Positions 13,167-24,780 of a stretch of DNA of 64,000 bases are shown piece after piece; positions within the stretch are counted from its first letter, which is position 1, and every line of letters begins with the position of its first letter. Position numbers and translations under genes: made by a program. The stretch comes from the human T2T-CHM13v2.0 reference genome, Homo sapiens: the NCBI RefSeq assembly GCF_009914755.1, contig NC_060926.1, one strand, 5' to 3'. A model generated the notes under the pieces. The model made no database searches. It was not told the origin of the DNA and was given only the letters and a program-made list of their open reading frames with translations.

Positions 13167-14684
13167 CCCCTCCCTCCCCCTCCCCCTCCCTCTCCCTCTC
13201 CATGGTCTCCCTCTCCCTCTCCATGGTCTCCCTCTCCCTCTCCCTCTCCCTCTCTCTCCACAGTCTCCCTCTGATGCCGAGTGGAGGCTGGACTGTGCTG
13301 CCGCCATCTCGGCTCACTGCAACCTCCCTGCCTGATTCTCCTGCCTCAGCCTGCCCAGTGCCTGGGATTGCAGGCCCGCGCCGCCATGCCTGACTGGTTT
13401 TTGTATTTTTTGGTGGAGACGGGGTTTCGCCGTGTTGGCCGGACTGGTCTCCAGCTCCTGACCGCAAGTGATCTGCCCGCCTTGGCCTCCCGAGGTGCTG
13501 GGATTGTAGACGGAGTCTTGCTCACTCAGTGCTCAATGTTGCCCAGGCTGGAGTGCAGTGGTGTGATCTCAGCTCGCTACAACCTCCACCTCCCAGCCAC
13601 CTGCCTTGGCCTCCCAAAGTGCCGAGATTGCAGCCTCTGCCCGGCCGCCACCCCGTCTGGGAAGTGAGGAGCCCCTCTGCCCGGCTGCCCAGTCTGGGAA
13701 GTGAGGAGCGCCTCTTCCCAGCCGCCATCCCGTCTGGGAAGTGAGGAGCATCTCTGCCCGGCCGACCGTCCTCTGAGATGTGGGGAACGCCTCTGCCCCG
13801 CCGCCCCGTCTGGGATGTGAGGAGTGCCTCTGCCTGGCTGCGACCCCGTCTGGGAACTGAGGAGTGTCTCTGCCCGACCGCCACCCCATCTGGGAGGTGA
13901 GGAGTGTCTCTGCCCAGCCGCCCCGTCTGAGAAGTGAGGAGCCCCTCTGCCAGGCAGTCGCCCCATCTGGAAAGTGAGGAGTGTCTCTGCCTGGCAGCCG
14001 CCCCGTCCAGGAGATGGGGGGCAGCCCCCGCCCGGCCAGCCGCCCCGCCCGGGAGGGAGGTAGGGGGCAGCCCCCGCCCGGCAGCCGCCCTGTCCGGGAG
14101 GTGGGGGGCGCCTCTGCCTGGCCGCCCCATCTGGGAAGTGAGGAGCCCCTCTGCCCGGCCGCCACCCCGTCTGGGAGGTGTACCCAACAGCTCATTGAGA
14201 ATGTACCATGATGACGATGGCGGTTTTGTCGAATAGAAAAGGGGGGAAGTGTGGGGAAAAGAAAGAGAAATCGGATTGTTACGGTGTCTGTGTGGAAAGA
14301 AGTAGACATAGGAGACTCCATTTTGTTCTGTACTAAGAAAAATTCTTCTGCCTTGGGATGCTGTTAATCTATAACCTTACCCCCAACCCCATGCTCTCTG
14401 AAACATGTGCTGTGTCCACTCAGGGTTAAATGGATTAAGGGCGGTGCAAGATGTTCTTTGTTAAACAGATGCTTGAAGGCAGCATGCTCGTTAAGAGTCA
14501 TCACCACCCCCTAATCTCAAGTACCCAGGGACACAAACACAGCGGAAGGCCGCAGGGTCCTCTGCCTAGGAAAACCAGAGACCCTTGTTCACATGTTTAT
14601 CTGCTGACCTTCCCTCCACTATTGTCCTAGGACCCTGCCAAATCCCCCTCCCCGAGAAACACCCAAGAATGATCAATAAATACT
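13167..14684 (+). mobile_element. Full-length SVA retrotransposon (older SVA_B/C-like)
   Basis: (CCCTCT)n hexamer head ~13167-13270, Alu-like region to ~13640, GC-rich VNTR ~13640-14175, SINE-R ~14176-14684, AATAAA at 14675-14680. Left TSD agaattagaaaaaact at 13151-13166. Confidence 0.97.
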
Positions 14685-15372
14685 AAATAAATAAATAGAT
14701 AAATAAATAACAAGGAAAAAATGAATAAATAAATAAAAATCCAAAGTAAGCATACACACACAAAAAAGATTTATTACAGCATGATATGCAAAACTAGAAA
14801 AAAGAAAAACATTTTTACTTATTTAAATAATGATTTTTTTTTTTTTGACAGGGTCTTGTTCTGTAGCGCAGGCTGGAGTGTAGAGGTGAAATCATGGCTC
14901 ATTTCAGCCTCAATTCCCTGGGCTCAAGTGATCCTCCTGCCTCAATCTCTTGTATAGCAAGGACTACAGGCATGGGCCACCACGTCTGGTTTATTTGTTT
15001 ATTTTTTGTAGACACAGGGTCTTGTTAATGTTGCCCAGGCTGGTCTTGAACTCTTGGCTTTAAGTGATTAAGTGATCCTCTCACCTTGGCCTCCAAAGTG
15101 TGGGATTGTAGGTATGAGCCACCACACCTGGTGTCTTTTGTTTTTTTTTTCTCTTGACCTCTGCTATTGAAAGCCAACTAAACATTTGTATTTAGAATGT
15201 TTAAATAAAACTTCAACCATAAATGGATTCAAAACATGGCAATTCTGCATGTGCTAAATGGATTTGTATATTGGAATATTATGGAACCATGGAAAGTACA
15301 TTACAAAAATGATAAAAAGTGCTTATTTTATAAGTAAAATAAAGTAGGACATAAATTTTTAGTACAAAAAAA
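14685..15372 (+). mobile_element. SVA 3'-transduced segment ending in polyA
   Basis: Lies between the SVA end and the second TSD agaattagaaaaact (15373-15387). AATAAA at ~15338-15343, A-tract at 15366-15372. L1 ORF2 resumes after the TSD. Confidence 0.88.
14834..15132 (-). mobile_element. AluJ-like element inside the transduced segment
   Basis: polyT then gacagggtcttg...ggctcaagtgatcctcctgcctca...atgttgcccaggctggtcttgaactc, AluJ-type antisense wording with high divergence. Confidence 0.9.
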
Positions 15373-16983
15373 AGAATTAGAAAAACTACTTTAAAATCCA
15401 TATGACACAAAAAAGAGCCTGTATAGCCAAGACAATCCTAAATGAAAAGAAAATACTGTGGGTATCATGCTACCTGACTTCAAACTATACTACAAGGCTA
15501 TAGTAACTATACTATACTACCAACTTCAAACTATACTACAAGGCTATAGTAACCAAAACAGCATGGTACTGGTACAAGGACAGGCACATAGACCAATGGA
15601 TCAGAACAGAGATCTCGGAAATAATACCGCACATCTACAACTATCTGATTTTTGACAAACCTGACAAAAGCAATGGGGAAAGGATTCCCTATTTAATAAA
15701 TGGTACTGGGAAAACTGGCTAGCCATATGTGGAAAATTGAAACTGGACCCCTTTCCTACACCTTATACAGAAATTAACTCCAGATGGATTAAAGACATAA
15801 ATGTAAAACCCAAAACCCTAGAAGAAAATCTAGGCAATACCAGTCAACAGAAAGATTTTATGACAAAAACATCAAAAAGCGATTTCAACAAAAGCAAAAA
15901 TTGACAAATGGGATCTAATTAAACTAAAGACCTTCTGCACAGCAAAAGAAACTATCATAAGACTGAAGAGACAACATACAAAATGGGAGAAAATTTTTAC
16001 AATCAATCCATCTGACAATGGTCTAATATCCAGAATCTACAAGGAACTTAAATTTACAAGAATAAAACAAATAACCCCATTAAAAAGTGGGTAAAGGGCA
16101 TGAACAGTTGCTTCTCAAAAGAAGACATTTATGTGGCCAAAAAACATGAAAAAAAGCTCAACATCACTGATCATTAGAGACATGCAAATAAAAATCACAG
16201 TGAGATATCATCTTATGCCAATCCGAATGGCAGTTATTAAAAAGTCAAGAAACAACAGATGTTGATGAGGCTATGGAGAAGTAGGAATGCTTTTACGCTG
16301 TTGGTGGGAATGTAAATTAGTTCAACTATTGTGGATGACAGTGTGGTAATTCCTCAAAGGCCAGAACCAAAAATAGCATTTGACCCAGCCATCCCATTAC
16401 TGGGTACATAACCAAAGGAATATACATCATTCCATTATAAAGATACATGCATAAGTATGTTCATTGCAGCAGTATTCACAATAGCAAAAAAATGAAATCA
16501 ACTCAAATGCCCATCAATGATAGATGGATAAAGAAAATGTGGTACATGTACACCATGGAATACTATGCAGCCATTAAAAGGAATGAGAGCATGTCCTTTG
16601 CAGGGACATGGATGGAGCTGGAAGCCATTTTCCTCAGCAAACTTACACAGAAACAGAATGCCAAACACTGCATGTTCTCACTTATAAGTGGGAGCTGAAC
16701 AATGAGAACACAGGACGCAGGGAAAGGAAAAACACACACTGGGTCCTGTTGGCGGCGGTGGGGTGGGGGGTAGGCCAAGGAAAGTGAGAGCATCAGGATA
16801 AATAGCTAATGCATATGGGGCTTAATACCTAAGTGATGAGTTGATAGGTACAGCAAAACACCATGGTACACATTTACCTATGTGACAAACCTGCACATCC
16901 TGCACATGTATCCAGGAACTTAAAAGAAAATAAAAACAAAAACAGAGAAATCACCTCCCCCCCCCGCCAAAAAAAAAACATAA

Positions 16984-17045
16984 CTGAATTTTGTGTTTAG
17001 ACTTGTTTCCCTAAATATCTCAATACGTATATGCAAGTATGTATA
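16984..17045 (+). mobile_element. Tigger4b continuation, right end truncated
   Basis: tgaattttgtgtttagacttg...atatctca..tacgtatatgcaa continues the recalled Tigger4b consensus from 13046. Confidence 0.75.
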
Positions 17046-17069
17046 TGTAAATATACATAGAGAATATAC

Positions 17070-18503
17070 GTAGAGAATATGTATTCTGCAGCCATTGGAT
17101 GAAATGTTCTGTTAATATCTATTAGGCCAGTTTGATGTATAGTGTGGATTAAGTCTGATGTTTGTATATTTTCTATCTGGAAGATCTGTCCAATGCTGAA
17201 AGTGGCATTTTGAATCCTCTAGCTATTGTACTGGGGCCTGTTTCTCTCTTCAGCTCTGGTAATATTTGCTTTGTATGTCTAGGTGCCCCAGTGTTGGGTG
17301 TATATATTTACAATTGTTATATCTTCTTGAATTGACACCTTCATCACTATATAATGACTATCTTTGTCTCTTCTTGTAGTTTTTGTCTTGAAACCTATTT
17401 TGTCCAAGTATAGCTGCTTGTGCCCTTTTTTGGCTTCCATTGGCATAGGATATCTTTTTCCATCCCTTTATTTTCAGTCTATGTCTTTCTAGGTGAAGTA
17501 TGTTTCTTGTAGGCAACAGATGATTGGTTCTTGTTTTTTCTATTTTTTTAAAAAAATTCATTAGCTACTGTATGTCTTTTTATTGGAGACTTTAGTCCTT
17601 TTCCATTCAATGATTTTATTGATAAGTAAGGACTTACTCCTGGCATTTTGTTATTTGTTTTCTAGTTGTTTTGTTGTCTTCTCTTTCTTCTTTCCTTCCT
17701 TCCTGTCTTACTTTTAGTGAAGGTGATTTTCTCTCATAGTGTGTTTTAATTTTTTGTCAATCTGTTGTATGTTTTTAGATATGAAGTTACTATGGGGCTT
17801 GCAAATATTATAACCCATTATTTTAAACTGATGATTGCATAAATGAATTAAGCAAAAAGGAAACTATAAAAAACTGTACACTTTAACTTTCTTGTCCCAC
17901 CTTTTAAGGTTTGTTGTCTCTAATTATATTTTATTGTTCTGTCTATATCCACAAAAGTTGTTGTAATTATTATTTTTGATGAGTTCATCTTTTCCTTTTT
18001 CTAATGATATGAGTTTACACATCACAATTACAGTGTTATAATATTCTGTGTTTTTCTGTATTCTTACTATTACCAGTGAGTTTTGTACCTTCAGATGACA
18101 TTTATTATTGCTCATTAATGTCCTTTTCTTTCAGATTGAAGAACTACTCTTAATATTTCTTGTAAGACAGGTCTGGTATTGATTAAATCCTCCAGCTTTT
18201 GTTTGTCTGGGAAAGTCTTTATTTCTCCTTTGTGTTTGAAGGATCTTTTTGCTGGATATACAATTCTAGGGTAAATTTTTTCTTCTTTCAGCACTTTAAA
18301 TATCTCATGCCACTCTCTTCTGGTCTGTAAGGTTTCCATGGAGAGGTCTGCTGCCAGATGTATTGGGGTCCCATTGTATGGTATTTGTTTCTTTTCTCTT
18401 GCTGGCTTTCAGGATCCTTTCTTTATCCTTGAACTTTGGGAGTTTGATTACTAAATGGCTTGAGGTAGTCTTCTTTGGGTTAAATTCACTTGGTGTTCTA
18501 TAA
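17070..18503 (-). mobile_element. L1MA internal fragment (ORF1 3' half, spacer, EN domain)
   Basis: ORF1 peptide ETLQTRREWHEIFKVLKEEKIYPRIVYPAK (18115-18339); EN peptide RLKIKGWKKISYANGSQKRA. Confidence 0.85.
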
Positions 18504-18516
18504 TTAGAGGATACTT

Positions 18517-19446
18517 TCTGTTTTATTCATTCATTCAATAGCTTTTGAAGTACAAGTCGTTTTTGGTTACATGGTTGAATTCTATAGTGGTGAATTCTGA
18601 GGTATTATTGCACCCATCACCCAAACAGTGTACACTGTACCCAGTATGTAGTCTTCTATCTCTCACCCCCTGTTTACCTTCCCACTGAGTCCCTAAAGTC
18701 CATTATATTACTCTGTATGTCTTTCTATCTTCATAGCTTAGCTGCTACTTGTTAGTGAGACCATACAGTATTTGGTTTCCCATTCTGGAGTTATTTCACT
18801 TAGAATAGTGGCCTCCAGCTGCATCCAAGTTGCTGCAAAAGACATTTTGTTCCTTTTAATGCCTGAGTAATACTCCATGGTATATATATATACCACATTT
18901 TCTTTGTCCATTCTTTGATCAATGGGCACTTAGGTCGGTTCCATATCTTTGCAATTGCAAATTGTGCTGCTATAAAAATGTGTGTACATATGTCTTTTTC
19001 ATAGAATGATTTCCTTTCCTCTGGGTAGATACCCAGTAGTGGGATTGCTGGATTGAATGGTAGATCTACTTTTAGTTCTTAAGGAATCTCCATACTGTTT
19101 GGCATAGAGGTTGTACCTTCCTACCAGCAGTGTAAAAGTGTTCCCTTTTAACCACATCCACAGCAACATCTATTGCTTTTTTGACTTTTTAATTATGGCT
19201 ATTTTTGCAGGAGTAAGGTGGTATCTTATTGTGGTTTAAATTTGTATTTCCCCGGTGATTACTGATGTTAAATATTTTTTCATCTTTGTTGGCCATTTGT
19301 ATGTCTTCTTTTGAGAAATGTCTATTCATGCCCTTTGCTCATTTTTTTGATGGGGTTATTTCTTTGTTTTCTTCTTGCTGATTTGTTTGAGTTTCTTGTA
19401 GATTCTGGATACCAGTCCTTTGTTAGGTGCATAGTTTGCAAACATT
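18517..19446 (-). mobile_element. 5'-truncated L1PB1-like element
   Basis: L1PB 3'UTR caatagctttt...tttggttacatgg...gcacccatcaccc; ORF2 C-terminal peptide YTMEYYSGIKRN. Confidence 0.85.
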
Positions 19447-19533
19447 GAGAAGGCACTTTTTGATACTCTAAATATCAGGCAATCAGGCAAGATTCTGGCT
19501 GGTAGATATTGGAAAGTTTTCAGGTTTTATGGG

Positions 19534-20074
19534 TGTGATCATTAATATTGGGTGTCAACTTGATTGGATTAAAGGATGCAAAGTATTGTTTCTGTGTGTG
19601 TCTGTGAGGGTGTTGCCAAAGGAGATTAATATTTGAGTCAGTGGACTGGGAGAGGCAGACCCACCCTCAGTCTGTGTGGGCACCATCTAATCAGATGCCA
19701 GCATAGCTAGAATAAAGCAGGGAGAAGAATGTGGAAGGACTTGACTTGCTGAGTCTTCTGACCTTCATCTTTCTCCTGTGCTGGATGGTTCCTTCTATCA
19801 AACATAAGACTCCAAGTTCTTCAGCTTTTGGACGCTTGCACTTACACCAGTGGTTTGCCAGGGGCTCTTGGGCCACAGACTGAAGGCTGCACTGTTGGCT
19901 TCCCTACTTTTGAGATTTGGAACTTGGACTGGCTTCCCTGCTCCTCAGCTTGTAGATGGCCTATTGTGGGACTTCATCTTGTGATTGTGTGAGTCAATAC
20001 TCCTTAATAAACTTCCCTTTATATATACATCTATCCTATTAGTTCTGTGCCTTTAGAGAACCCTGACTAATACA
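19534..20074 (+). mobile_element. MLT2A (MLT2A2-sized) solo ERVL LTR
   Basis: tgtgat...gtgtcaacttgattggatt...gagaaccctgactaataca; perfect 5-bp TSD atggg at 19529-19533 and 20075-20079. Confidence 0.92.
19561..19571 (-). promoter_or_regulatory. DUX4-type double-homeodomain motif TAATCCAATCA
   Basis: tgattggatta on +, a perfect match to TAAYYYAATCA, inside MLT2A. Confidence 0.6.
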
Positions 20075-20109
20075 ATGGGCATATGTTTTAAAGTCCTAGC
20101 TGGGAAGAT

Positions 20110-20320
20110 AATAATAATGACAATGGTATCTAACACGTGAGCTCTAGTATATACCAGACATTGTTCTGAATGTTATAGGTACCTTAACATGTTTAATTTA
20201 ACAACCTGTTGTGATAGATACTATTTTGTATCACCTTTTATAGGCAAGGAGACTTGAGCACCAGAAAGTAAACTGATTTTCCCAAGTGACAGTTGAAATG
20301 ACAGAGCCTGGGTTTGTATT
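20110..20320 (-). mobile_element. MIR SINE
   Basis: ataccagacattgttctgaatg...ttttataggcaaggagacttgagcaccagaaagtaaactgattttcccaag. Confidence 0.6.
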
Positions 20321-21746
20321 TCATTACTTACTTATTGGGTAGGTGATGGAGTATTAGGCAAATCATGGTAATTATTTATTGAATGCTAAGTATTTTGCAC
20401 ACATGTCATGTAATTTTTACAACTCAGTGAGGTAAACATTATTGTCAAAGATAAAATGGTTTTTTTAGGAGCAGAAATTATTAGGAGCACTTTTAATAAT
20501 ACAGATTTCTTAGAAGTCATTGCAGTGGAGAGAAGCTCAAAGTGTATTCCTTGTCAAACAGCAGAAATGACACTAACTTTTATGCTTTTAGAGAAAAGAA
20601 GACATAGAGAGATGTGAAAAGTAGAAAGAAAAACATACAAAAAGGGCACATTCATATATATTTTAAATGATTTGCAGTAGGTACAGTTTAAATCTATCAA
20701 TATTTCCAACACCAGTCATGTCTTATGACTCCATATTTTACAAAGGTCAAAAATCTCCACAACATAGTTGTATGTATGTATAAGTGTACACACACACATA
20801 CACAAATAACACATACACAAACCCCATCACATATGTGAGAGTGTGTTATATATATACACACTTTAATATATTTTGGTATGTATTTTTAAAATATATAGAG
20901 TAATATAAAGATAGCTCTGTAAAACTCTGACAGTGCTCTTATCTTCTTGGGTCTTGGATACTAAGAAACTTCAATGCTGATGAGGAAGAAAAGAGAGGAG
21001 TATTAAAACTAGTTCAGTGATCATAATTCAGTTTAACAATGAACTTGGTAATCCAAAATGATATTGTTAATTTCTAGGGTAGAGACAGTATACTACAGGG
21101 CCTCTGGCTAAATAAAAAGTTCATGTGGCTTCCTCAGAATTTACTTTTATTAAAGCTGACTTATTTCCAAAAAGTAGAATCATATTTCTGATTTGATATT
21201 TTCCATCTCAAAGAGCAGGCTTTTATTATTTTGGTTTGCCATTCTGCTTTAGGATCTCCTGAAATTTTCAGGTGACTCTCCTCTTTAGGCCAGACTCTAA
21301 TTCTTTTAATTGCAAAGAGAAGTAAATACCAGGATGCCAACAGACAAAAACTAGTCAAAAAGTTTCATGTGACCTTTTGGTCTCTATTTTAAATGCAATG
21401 CTCAAAGCTTGCTTTCAGCTCTCTGCCAGAAAGTGGAAGATTTCAAGAGTCTGAGGAGCTTGTGTGGAGCTTGCATTAAATGCAAATGTTTGCAATGGAA
21501 AATTAGAGGGGCAATATAAAAATTTATTGCTGGACTATTGTGGAGAATTTCTGGAGCATCCTTTTCCAGCAACTTTTTACAACCTTTCCAGGGTCCAGAG
21601 AAGGCAGAGGGTGTGGCTGATGAAGAAATCTTCTGAGACCCTCTAGGTCTTAATCCTATTTGCCCATTGTTTTCAAATAAGGGCAAAATGCAATGCCTTA
21701 AATAAAAAGAGCAAGCTTTAGCTTAGATAGATTGAGGCAACTGGTA

Positions 21747-22148
21747 TGCTTAGTCTATTTTCCATGCCTTGTAACAGAATACTTGAAACTGGGTCATTTA
21801 TAAGGAGACATAATTTTTTTTTTTTACTATTCTGGAGGCTGGGAAGGCTAAAGTTGAGGGGATGAATCTGGTGAGGGCCTTCTTGCTGGTGGTCTCAAAG
21901 CTGTGCAGAGCATCTCATGGTGAGGGGCCTGATGGTGCTTGCTGAGGTCTCTCTTCCTCTTATAAAGTCACCAGTTCACTCCCATGATAACCCATTATTC
22001 CAATAATTCATGAATGAATTAATCCATTCATGAGGGCAGAGCCCTCATGACCCAATAGCTTCTTAAAGGCCTTGTCTCTCAATACTGCTACATTGGGGGT
22101 TAAATTTCAACATAAGTTTTGAAGGGGACAAACATTTAAGACATTGCA
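21747..22148 (-). mobile_element. MSTC/MSTD-like MaLR LTR
   Basis: ttctggaggctgggaag...aatccattcatgagggcagagccctcatgacccaat...aggggacaaacatt. Confidence 0.85.
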
Positions 22149-22399
22149 TATGTCATACGATTAAAGTATGCCTAAAATAGAGTGTGGGATTTAAAGAATG
22201 TTATTTATCCTCTCTGAGAGAAGCAGAGGAATGTTACACAAAAGAATACAGTGTTTTTCGTCAATGCATTTTTAAAATAGCAATCATGTTTACTAATATT
22301 TTCTTTTCCCTTAAGCAGCAAAGAAAAATTGTTATATGGTTTGACAATAGCAGGTTCAGTTCCACATGGGTACATGTTCCCCCCAAACTCCCTGTTACA

Positions 22400-22710
22400 C
22401 GGTATTAATTGTTCTTGTTTTACTTATGAGAAAACTGAGGCTTAGAGAGGTTGAATTAATGTGCTCAAGATCGTATACCTAGTTAACAGTAGGACCCCTC
22501 AGATTTGTTCATTTCCAAGGCCATGTGCTTTTTTTATACATCATCTTCCAGGATACATTGCTCAGCTCTCTCAAACTCAGAGTCTTTACCAGTAAAATGG
22601 TGATGCCTACCTCGCTGGGTGGTGGTGAGGATTAGAAATAACATATGTAAACTTTCCAGTGCGGTGACTGCCAATGGTTATGTTCAAGAACTGATAGCTT
22701 TTTCTGTTAT
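22400..22710. mobile_element. Two MIR fragments in opposite orientation
   Basis: gagaaaactgaggcttagagagg (antisense, ~22400-22520); gtaaaatggtgatgcctacctc...gtgaggattaga (sense, ~22560-22710). Confidence 0.6.
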
Positions 22711-23757
22711 TAAGCAGGTGACAGGTGAGCGTCCCAACAAGTAGGCAGGCAGACACAGTGTTAAAAAAAAAGTCTAGTAGCAGGCACTGAACGGAGGTCT
22801 AGATAGGTACCCAGTAGATTTCAGGAAAGTCTGATAACAGTAAGAGCAATTAGCTCATTCTAGACTGAGAATGAACAAGGGAATGGCCTAGTTTTATAGA
22901 AAATGAAGGTAAGAACCTAGAAAGGCAATGACTAAGCTCACTCAATCCAGAATGAATTTGACCACTAGCACCTTTCGAGAACAATGGAACACACCCCTAA
23001 AGTGTGTAATTGCTAAATAATCGAAATGTTTAAATTTAAAATAATATATTTGCTAAAAAAAAAAAAGGGTCCAATCATTTTTTAAAGCCCAAGCATGAGA
23101 ATAATAGAGGTCACTATTTATTTAAATTATGGTCTGGATTTGGAATTCAGATCATTTTTAATTTGTTATTTCACATGTAACCATGAGTAAAATTTTCTTA
23201 GTCTTTTTTATGCAGTGTAATACAGGTTTGACATTTTAAAAAAGTGATGATGTGTGACAGCAGCAAGAGTACTTTTGAATGTGACTATATGACCTGTCAA
23301 AGAATTTACATCAGGTCTTTCTGAAGTGCTGTCATTCTCATTCACAATACAGGCCCTCAAGCCCCTCACTGCCCCACAGTAAAGGCTGTCACCCAGTCAG
23401 CACCAATTTCATTCTTGTGTGATATTGCTGATGTGTATCATGCTCTTGTTAAATTCACTGTAGGTCAACTAACTATTTCTTCTAAGTGACTCAATCATAA
23501 AACATAAGGCCCACAAATACCTAGAGAGGTATAGTAACTGGCATGTTTATGATAGTTGCATTAGGAACCTGATGAATTGGGGTAGAATCTGAATTTAACT
23601 TGAATATCAGTAAGAATGAAATTGTAAAAATTCTAATAAATTTATTTTGTATATTTGTATATTTTTTCAAAGGAATTTGGTTAATTACTTTAAATTACTG
23701 GCTGTCTTTTGATTAAAATGGGTTGATTTTAGGGCTTACTAAAAGCATTCAAATTGC

Positions 23758-23870
23758 TGTTCATTCATTCGCTCATCAAACTTTCCTTGAGCCAAGTGCT
23801 GCACGAAGCACTGAAAATACAATAACAACTAAGATGTGGCCTCCATTTCCCTTGGCATTACAGACTATTA
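23758..23870 (-). mobile_element. L2 3' end fragment
   Basis: tcattcattc...ttgagccaagtgctg..aagcactgaaaatacaataa. Confidence 0.5.
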
Positions 23871-24559
23871 GAAGAACAAATATCATTGGATTAACAAAAA
23901 TCAGCATAATTTTGTTCTTGATCCTGTAAAAAAAACTTTCCTAGCCTTGCTTGAAAGGTGTAATGTATTAGATGTGGAGTGCTTTGGAAGAGGTGTGGAA
24001 GAGCAGGAAAGTAATACTCTCTTTTTTGATTCCTGGTCTATATCACGCTGGTATCCTTCACTTGTATCTGAGTTTCCCTATATTTCTTAGTGAGATGGAG
24101 GCTCACTCTATTTGTGTTAGACTGAGGGTTGTTGTCTTTGGATTTTTTTTTTTCTTTCAGGAGGAATTGTTGCTACTCAGTCTCTGCATTCTCCACTTCT
24201 GTTAGGAGTCTCCCTTTATAGGTTCCTAACTGTAGGATCTGAAGCAATCCTTCTAAAATTATCTCTTGCCTTCCTGGAACTATAGAATAATCTAGAAAAG
24301 ACATGAAACTGTGATCAAGTCTCCTTGACACTTGTGTGCATTTCTACTCTATTGCTCTTTTAATTGTTATTTAAGTATATTTTACTTTATGTATTACAGA
24401 ATTAGTATCTGTTTTTTTCAGGGAAGAATCCAAAGAAAATGGAGAAGAGAAGAAACAGAGAATAAGTATTTGCAATGCTATCTTAATACCTAGATAGAAC
24501 CACTTGATATTTTGTAGTCAGTTCCTCTGATCATCCTTAAGGCACTCATATACACTTTT

Positions 24560-24780
24560 TCTGGGAACAAAATTGGGATTTGGGTAGAAAAACATTTTAG
24601 AAGTAGAAATGCATGGGCAAAGAATATGAACATTTTGAAAACATATTACCAAATTCATCTCCTAAGTCAGTGTAGCAATTTATACTCCCACAAACACTGT
24701 GTAAAAATGGCTGCACTTTTGAATTTGCCAAGATGGGATATGATATTTTATTTTTTTTAAATGTCAGTTTGATAGGTGAG
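24560..24780 (-). mobile_element. Old L1ME fragment
   Basis: agaagtagaaatgcatgggcaaag...accaaatt...gcaatttatactcccacaaacactgtg. Confidence 0.55.

Larger units (their letters stand above)
13047..16975 (+). mobile_element. 5'-truncated L1PA10/11-like element (ORF2 3' half plus 3'UTR), split by the SVA
   Basis: ORF2 peptides IYRFSAILIK, LPDFKLYYKA, WIKKMWYMYTMEYYAAIK. 3'UTR gagagcatcaggataaatagctaatgca...caggaacttaaa. TSD aaacataa at 13039-13046 and 16976-16983. Confidence 0.85.

Noticed and set aside
13640-14175. Repeat-spacer-like array (tctgggaagtgaggag units) resembling CRISPR
   Set aside because: This is the SVA VNTR: degenerate tandem units without unique spacers, in primate DNA with no cas genes.
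13047-14321. Long overlapping ORFs (up to 250 aa) on both strands
   Set aside because: They lie in the GC-rich SVA hexamer, Alu-like and VNTR regions, which are poor in stop codons; not host genes.
17340-17850. Similarity to 4830-5290 and 37690-38100 suggesting a local duplication
   Set aside because: These are diverged independent copies of the same L1MA EN/spacer region.
22005-22050. Inverted repeats attcatgaatgaattaatccattcatga and catgagggcagagccctcatg
   Set aside because: Intrinsic to MST LTR consensus sequences.
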